A stretch of 64,000 bases of DNA from Octopus vulgaris (taxonomy: Eukaryota), in contig OX597820.1 of the NCBI GenBank assembly GCA_951406725.2, positions 91,760,001-91,824,000 of the forward strand, written 5' to 3'. A model generated the notes under the pieces. That model was given only the letters and a program-made list of their open reading frames with translations. It was not told the origin of the DNA and made no database searches. The translations under genes and the position numbers were made by a program. Below, piece after piece: positions 56,312 to 64,000 of this stretch (within the stretch, counting starts at the first letter, position 1; each line of letters opens with the position of its first letter).

Positions 56312-57566
56312 AGCCCTATATTTTACTGAAGCGGCAGATGGAAAATTAGTGCTACTGAAGTGAAATGACTTCAAACTGCGAATCAAAAGCCGTTTGGTTT
56401 TCTTGCTGGAGATATACACTTTGCTTTATTGCAAGAGCCAGAATATATTAATATTAAAACCTATTTATATTGAATATATTTAAGACAATTTTCCATCGTT
56501 TATAACGTTTCCTTATCAATTACTAGTGCTAGTGTATCGACAGTCTAGGGTTTCCTATAGATATCATTATTTCAATAAAAATTGCCAGATTACAAGTTAC
56601 TCTGTAGCGTAGAGTATGCTTTCTTTTATGTGAAAATTCATTGCTAAGATAGTAGTTTCCGTTTATGTAACACAAATATATTGCTTAGTATTGAATGTTT
56701 TCCTTATCTACCATCGCATACTAGATCACTCATTGATGTTATCTGTTTGTAGTAGAAGAAAATGTGGTCTTCCCGTTTCTATTACACACGGTTAAGCATC
56801 TGAAATCAAAAACTGTAATCTTTTCATTGAAATTGTGAATCTCAATAAGTTTGCCAGAAGATTCCAATTGCTAACTGAAAGACGTTTCTATACTTGAAAT
56901 ATCATGCCTGTTACTTCCATCTTTTATTAGTTTCATTGTAATTTTCGGTATTATATATCTGCAAGAAATAGTCTACCAAACATCATTATATGTTCATTAA
57001 AGTTTATATATTCGTAGCTCTCTTTAAAATATTTCCAATTGAATAATTCAGCCAGCTGATTACGAATAAGCAAAATGAAATCAGTGTTTTCTAATATCTG
57101 ACATAACTCGTTAATTGTCTCGTTGTTATTGGTACGTCTAAAGGTTACACTTATATATTACCACATTGCTCCTAACATGGATTAAAAAATGTAAAGTAGT
57201 TTTCATTTCTGCACAAATATAAGGGCCTATATATGAATGCCCATATGTGTTCTCTCTCTCTCTCAAACGCAATTGTAGCAGTATTCAATTAAAATAGCCA
57301 TCTATGAATCATTCATAATATATATACATACAGCGTTGATAGGCAAAGTTTTAATAGTTTTCCTCAGAAATAAAATCCTATTTGGATGTGCTCTACTTAA
57401 AAATGCTATATATATATAGTAGATACGGATGACATTTCTTCGCGGTTGTGCCAAGAGAGAATGTCAGATGTATTTCCCTCATTTGTGGCCTTGTTAATAA
57501 CTACTACTCAAAGCCAGCCACTTGGCAGTAAATGTGATATTCACTGTATAAGACACGTCCTTCGCT

Positions 57567-57920
57567 GTGGGTAGTAAAGAAATAGGTATTTCGTCTGCCG
57601 CTACGCTCTGAGTTCAAATTCCGCCGAGGTCGACTTTGCCTTTCATCCTTTCGGGGTCGATTAAATAAGTACCAGTTACGCACTGGGGTAGATATAATCT
57701 ACTTAATCCGTTTGTCTGTCCTTGTTTGTCCTCTCTGTGTTTAGCCCCTTGTGGGTAGTAAAGAAATAGATATTTCGCCCGTCGCTACGTTCTGAGTTCT
57801 AATTCCGCCGACGTTGACTTTGCCTTTCATCCTTTCGGGGTCGATAAATTAAGTACCAGTTGTGAACTGACCCTAAACATTCCCCTCCCCCAATTTCGGG
57901 CCGTGTGTCGAGAATAGAAA
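57567..57920 (+). mobile_element. SINE family A, well preserved, with internal head-to-tail duplication
   Basis: gtgggtagtaaagaaatag(g/a)tatttcg...gagttc...ccgccga...ctttgcctttcatcctttcggggtcga occurs twice, at 57567 and 57750. Confidence 0.85.
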
Positions 57921-59972
57921 ATCATATCTTGTATGCGTGTTCACATAATTCTATAACCTATTTAATTTCACGTGATCAAGTACGCCATAGTATTAAATCT
58001 AGAGTATGTTTTGCGTGCAGAAATTAGAGGTAAACATGTCTGTCCAGAATGATTTACTTATCGACGCATAAAGAGATTCTTGAATAAGTGATTCATACAT
58101 TATTAATTTTATCGGTTTAAATCACATTCAAAGTTTAAATAAAATCAGATATTACAGTAATACGGCAAATGTTACTTAACAAATAAATAATATGACCGAA
58201 TACTAAAGTATACGCTGTAAAAAAAATCCTTTACTTATATAGTAAAATCAAAACTATATATTTTAGTTGCAAATCATGCAAGATACATTAACCTAATTAC
58301 AGTTATTCGTTGCTCAAATCATTGGCTGTAATTTTAATCTTTTGTGCTTATTGCATAAATGCGCTGGATTGCTATTCACATTGAATGTTTCGAACTTTTT
58401 TTTTGTCCTCAATGCGAATTACTTGTGATTAATGCAACATTATCTATTAGCCAAAAGAAATGGATCATGAATAACATTCGGTGATCTAAATTTTAGAAAA
58501 TGTTCCGTTCTTTATACATTATGTTATAAATTATGCTACATTATATTATGATACTAAATTTGGTGAACTTCCAACCAACAATAAGATACTTCTGTGGATA
58601 ACTAGCTTTAGTGAAATGTGTGCAATAAAATTGAAAAAAATGTACTCAAATTGAATAAGTACATATTCTTCAGTATAAACCTCTTCTGTAAAACAAATTC
58701 ATCAAATATTAATTTACAAGAATTTTGTTTCCATATTAGTCTTATATGTTGTAAGTTTTAAAACTAATGTCCATTTTATAACTACAATAATATAAGTTGC
58801 CACACATTACTGCATTATGCGTAGCTCAGCAGAATAATGAAATATATACAGAATATATCTGGAATGTTAATGGAAATATGTAGATTAATAGATTTTTTGA
58901 AAATGAATGGTTGGATTAAAACAAACAAAAACTATATCCAAAGTAGTTTCTTGTCACAAGATGGAAATTATTGAAAGAAATTATTCCTTTGAAAGAAATG
59001 AAAGGAGAGCAAACGAAGCAAAATCTTGAGTTGGGCTCGAGAACAGAATTTACAATAATGTAACATCAAATAAGTAAAATATATTTTAGAAGTTACAACT
59101 CATTTCTAAGAAATTCAATAAAGTAACATTTCCTTCAATGGCATGTAATATATTGTTGGGATCCCTTGCTAGAAAATGTTTAAAATTTGTTATTTGTATT
59201 ATATATCGTCATACATCATTTAAATGTGTAGGATCAGAATTCTTTCATGGTAATCACATGCATTTATCATCACGCCTCAGCGCTAATTGTACTTTTATAA
59301 ATTTCATTCCAATTTTGATAATGAATTTTCTAATATATGCAGTAGTTATTAATGGTGTAGTGAGTTATGTCAAAGACAATTATAAAATTCATAATTAGCA
59401 TGAAATGTAATGTATTTCATTATAAAGTGAACTAGAACAATGCATTTTTTAGAATTGCACACTGAAAATAAGAATAACATACGATTTGAGGTGTTCACAC
59501 ACACACATCGTTACTAATCCAAATATTTATTAGTACAAAGGAAATAAATGATGTGGAAACCGTACACAAATTATATGAAGATTCATTGACATTTTTAATA
59601 TATTTGTGTGTAAACATGCATACATACGTACTTATATAAACAATCAGATTCAGGTTTATTTTCAAAAATCTATGCTATAAGGATGAGCTGTGATTCAAAC
59701 TATATGGTTTCTAGCTCTCATTTTAAAAGTGTTTATATAGACTGTAGTTGAAATTGCTGTTAGTTGACGTACCGATTAATTGTTTGAGGACGGTATATTA
59801 CATCTGTGGAGAAAAGTCAAAATTAAGCTTGAGTCCACTAAATGTCATACGACATTCATAACACCCGATATGAAAGGTGAAAATCGAATTTGAATTTCTC
59901 CTTTTAACTGTCCCGTAACTCTGTCTTATCTCACTTAATCAAGGCGTGGTGAATTTTTGTGTTGTATATATG

Positions 59973-60017
<45 letters not shown>

Positions 60018-60019
<2 letters not shown>

Positions 60020-60213
60020 TTGCCTTCGCCATGATAGATCACTAGCCACTACACATTCTTTATTTTCTCTCCTTGTTTCTTTATGCGTTCCTTTCAGTGG
60101 AAGAGCGTGGGCTCGAAACGTTAGACTTTTTCACTCCTGAAAGCGTTATACAAATACATCTGTTTCTTGTCTACAGCACCTGTCTTCCTCTTTTGATTTT
60201 GTGAATTGTCCCA
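60018..60213 (+). mobile_element. Short repeat between (TA)n tracts with a degenerate hammerhead-like motif (PLE-type)
   Basis: TGGAAGA-gcgtgggctc-GAAACGTTA at ~60098-60124, with palindromic AACGTT. Confidence 0.45.
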
Positions 60214-60236
60214 TATATATATATATATACATATAT

Positions 60237-60620
60237 ACTCTTTTACTCTTTTACTTGTTTCAGTCATTTGACTGTAGCCATGCTGGAGCACCTACTTGAG
60301 TCGAGCAAATCGACCCCAGGACTTATTTGTTTGTAAACCTAGTACTTATTTTATCAGTCTCTTTCGCCGAACAGCTAAGTTACGGGGACGTAAACACACC
60401 AGCCTCGGTTGTCAAGCGAAGTGGGGGGGGCAAAAACAGACACACAAACGTACACACACATACACACACACATATATATATATATATACACATATATACG
60501 ACGGGCTTCATTCAGTTTCCGTCTACCAAATCCACTCACAAGGCTTTGGTCGGTCCGAGGCTATAGTAGAAGACACTCGCCCAAGGAGCCACGCAGTGGG
60601 ACTGAACCACTCCTACGCCT
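60237..60620 (-). mobile_element. tRNA-derived SINE family B, near full length
   Basis: Reverse complement reads ggcgtaggagtggttcagtcccactgcgtggctccttgggcgagtgtcttctactatagcctcgg...gctccagcatggctacagtcaaatgactgaaacaagtaaaagagt. Confidence 0.88.
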
Positions 60621-61063
60621 ATATATATAATATACATACATACACACACACACACTCACATATATATATATATATATATATATATACTGCTTTAGTGAAT
60701 GATTTGTTCTTACTAAACCGTGGTCAAACAGTTGAAAAAGACATGTTACTTTCACACTATTTGCCGTGCATAACTATAATAAATAACTACCGAAAAAAAA
60801 CTTGCAGAAAAATCTCAAGTGAATGAAAATTAATTATTTGCTTCTTAAATTTCCACAACTGTCATTTAAACATGTTGTGTTAACACAGCAAATTCGAATA
60901 AAGAAGGTGAGAATGGCAGAGAAAGAATTTGTGCGAGGACGTGCATGCACGCGTGTGTGCGTATGTGTTAGTTTAAAGGAAATCACAAGCATTCCAAGCA
61001 TACACACAAACATGCATGCATACACACAAACACGCATGCTTACACTCGCACAGACAAAGACTA

Positions 61064-61095
<32 letters not shown>

Positions 61096-61591
61096 GGGAC
61101 TTTTAACTGCAGTTATTTAAGCTAAGCACTACAGAGAGTTTAACAATTTTTCAATCGGTTATACCACACGTTCATAAGAGAGACTAGTGCTTTCCCTAAA
61201 ACAGTACATATAAAGCAAAAATCACCACGTTTTAGCTAAACAATTAATAGCTGCTCAAATAACTACTGAACAATATCAAGAGGCACTAAATTCGGACACA
61301 ACTTTCACCTTTCATGGGTATTATTCTGATTGTCACACGACACTCTCTTCTTGATTGTAGCTTTGACGTAACATACCCGCATGGCTATTAGAGAACCAGT
61401 GCCAACAAATCATTCTGTAACTTAACTGATAGTGATCTCAACAATATTCTCTCTATAGAACAGCGGTCGCGAAGGATAGTTTGCAACAAAGGTCCATTTT
61501 CTCTACAAAGTACATATTTGAAACGTGACAAATATGAAACCGGTTCAGTGTGTTTATATACAGATATACCTACACATACACACACACACAC

Positions 61592-61632
<41 letters not shown>

Positions 61633-61679
61633 TGTGTGTGTGTGTGTATGTGTGTGTGTGTGTGTGTGTGTGTTTGCAT

Positions 61680-61840
61680 GGCGCATGAGTGGCTTTGTAG
61701 TAAGAAGCTACCCAACCACATGTCTCCGGATTCAGTCCCACTGGATATCATCTTGGGCAAGTGTCTCCTGCTATTGCCTCGGGCCGAGAAAAGCCATCTG
61801 AGTAAATTTGGTAGACGGAAACTGAAAGAGACCCGTCCAA
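61680..61840 (+). mobile_element. SINE family B, 5' half
   Basis: ggcgcatgagtggctttgtagtaag...ggattcagtcccactggatatcatcttgggcaagtgtc...tttggtagacggaaactgaaag. Confidence 0.8.
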
Positions 61841-62004
61841 TATATATATATATATACATATGTGTGTGTGTGTAGGTGTATCAGTATATAAACACACTGA
61901 ACCGGTTTCATATTCAGAGCATCACAACAAATCACAGCACATACCCAAGGCACACAGAGCTGCGCTCGGTAGTGAAGTGAAAGCACGCTATAAAAATAAA
62001 ACTA

Positions 62005-62007
<3 letters not shown>

Positions 62008-62039
<32 letters not shown>

Positions 62040-62056
62040 TGATGATAATAATAATG

Positions 62057-62087
<31 letters not shown>

Positions 62088-62111
62088 TAATAATGATAAT
62101 AATAATAATAA
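62008..62111. repeat. (AAT)n/(GAT)n microsatellite, possibly a retroposon tail of 61914-62007
   Basis: Directly visible. Preceded by aaaataaaactactg. Confidence 0.9.
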
Positions 62112-62285
62112 CATCGAAAATACCTTAGGAATTTCGAACCCAGGTTCGAAATTTTCCCCCAAGACACCTGATGAAGACTGGAGATTGTATCAGCTGATAA
62201 GCTGTGTTAACAAAAAACAAGATGAGGACAAAATATCCATGAAATGTAAATAATGTACGTAATTCCCCATCTCTCAAATATAGAA
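62112..62285 (+). mobile_element. Short PLE-type repeat with hammerhead core CTGATGA (sister of 13290-13470)
   Basis: gacac-CTGATGA-agactg...cagct-GATAAGCT-gtgtt. The GAAA half is decayed. Confidence 0.6.
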
Positions 62286-62344
62286 ATAATTATTCAATTT
62301 GACTGTGTGTGTTTGTGTTTGTGCGTATATCCGAAAATATTTTA

Positions 62345-62590
62345 AATATTCTGCTGTACTCGTTCACCACAACTTTCTCTCACTCTTACTTCCTGTTTCT
62401 GTTGTACCTGTATTTCAAGGGGCCGGCTTTGTCACTCTCTGTGTCACGCTGAATATCGCCGAGAACTACGTTAAGGGTGCACGTGTCTGCGGAGTGCTCA
62501 GCCACTTACACGTTAATTTCACGAGCAGGCTGTTCCGTTGATTCGGATCAACCGGCACCCTCATCGTCGTAACCGACGGAGTGCTTCCAT
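62345..62590 (-). repeat. GC-richer interspersed repeat family D (probable SINE or retroposon part)
   Basis: Second decayed copy at 52400-52540 in the opposite orientation. Strand assignment is arbitrary. Confidence 0.55.
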
Positions 62591-64000
62591 CAAATGTATA
62601 CCAGCAATTTTCTCATTCTTATAACTCACATTCTGTTTGCCTAAATGAAATTAGTCGAGTACATTAATTGCTTGGTCTGTTCTGAAGAAATATTTGAATG
62701 ATATGTGTACGTGAAGAGCTTTCCAAGGAATGGCTTCTAGTATCAACTGTGATACGAATGAGTATGTTTGTGGATAATATATCGAATAAATAAAAGCTGA
62801 TATAGAATAGAATTGATAATTTAAGGAATGTAGAGGTAATATTCTAGCATTTTACGAGCCATATGTTAGGTGATAAATATATCAGTCTTTTGTACAGATT
62901 TCAATAATGAATTCCGTGTTAAGTTAATAAACATTTGCAGAGCAGCTGCATGAAATGCGTTCTGTCATCTTTTACTTTTCAAGTTACTGGAATACCTGAC
63001 GTTGCTGATCGGAATGTATTTTCCACAATTTATGTATATGCTAGAGCACCTAATGGATTACGTTTTATGTAAAAATTCGAAGAAATAATCACTGAACTAA
63101 TTGACAGAACAGAAACTTCCCAAAACAGAGTTATCAGTGAAGAAGAGAAGCACCGACAATTACAGTTGAATTCCTCATTTAAATAGGTGTATGCTAAAAC
63201 TACCATACAAGTTGCTTAAGCCTGCAACACTGATAAATTAAAAAATATGTATTTTGTCCAAAATGTCAACAAATAAAAAGCGATATATTGTGAGCAGTAA
63301 AGTATAACGAAACACATTCATCTTCAGCTGCAATAAAGTTTAGACATTGCATTTTGACGGTCATATTTGTCAATATGAAACACCGATGAATAATTCTATC
63401 AGCTTCATATTCACACGGTTTTTTGTACAGTCGTTTCACGTGTGTGTTGTGTGAATATAGTAGGATGTGTGGTGGCTTTTTATGCATAGTAGGTGTCGGA
63501 AATCTAGGTTTAATTTCAAGTTATGTTGCCTACAATAACTAGAAGTCAAGAGATTCTGTAAAGGGTATACTTCTGCATCTAGCTGTGTGTATATGGAATC
63601 CTGCATCTAGCTGTGTGTATATGGCAATGCACACCTTAAACTTGTTTGTGTAGTGCTGTGATTCGTAATTGGTGATTCATGTATTTTTTTTTTTTTGTGT
63701 GAATGACTCTGTGTCATTCATGCAATTGTACGGTCTATACGTATATACTTGCGTCTATTTATATATAGCAGGGTTTGTGCAGTTGTGTGTAATGCTGTAT
63801 GACAAGTAGGTTGTGTGTTGAGGAGCGTACTATATCTATAGAGTTGTATACTTGATGTATATGCGTAATTCTATGTGTGTTGTTATATGTTTAGGGGTAT
63901 ATGTAATGCCATTGCGTATAACTATTCAGCTAGTTTGATTTGTAACATAGCCGCCAAACGCACCTATTGCTTAGGTCACTGTTTTACCCGAGTTATCTAT

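Noticed and set aside
63573-63624. 28 bp period tandem duplication (ctgcatctagctgtgtgtatatgg twice)
   Set aside because: Ordinary slippage duplication with no further structure.

Overview
AT-rich, repeat-dense eukaryotic (animal) genomic DNA, most likely intronic or intergenic. The SINE families and microsatellite spectrum resemble those I associate with octopus (cephalopod) genomes; this is inference, not a database result. I found no intact host protein-coding gene, and almost all listed ORFs are microsatellite or low-complexity artefacts. Recognisable content: (1) an internally deleted Helitron with both termini (7349-10800, minus) carrying a Pif1 helicase pseudogene; (2) two decayed mariner transposons and a mariner-derived MITE; (3) several Penelope-like element (PLE) relics, plus short PLE-type repeats carrying hammerhead-ribozyme-like motifs, two of them as long palindromes; (4) a decayed RLE-type (R4/Dong-like) non-LTR retrotransposon interrupted by two convergent 28S rRNA fragments; (5) many SINEs of at least two families; (6) a local templated rearrangement; (7) weak candidate small exons of an unidentified plus-strand gene, possibly giving alternative C-termini. 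I cannot support a claim of a new biological system. The best leads are the 28S/RLE chimera, the hammerhead palindromes and the candidate alternative terminal exons. Boundaries of decayed elements are approximate.
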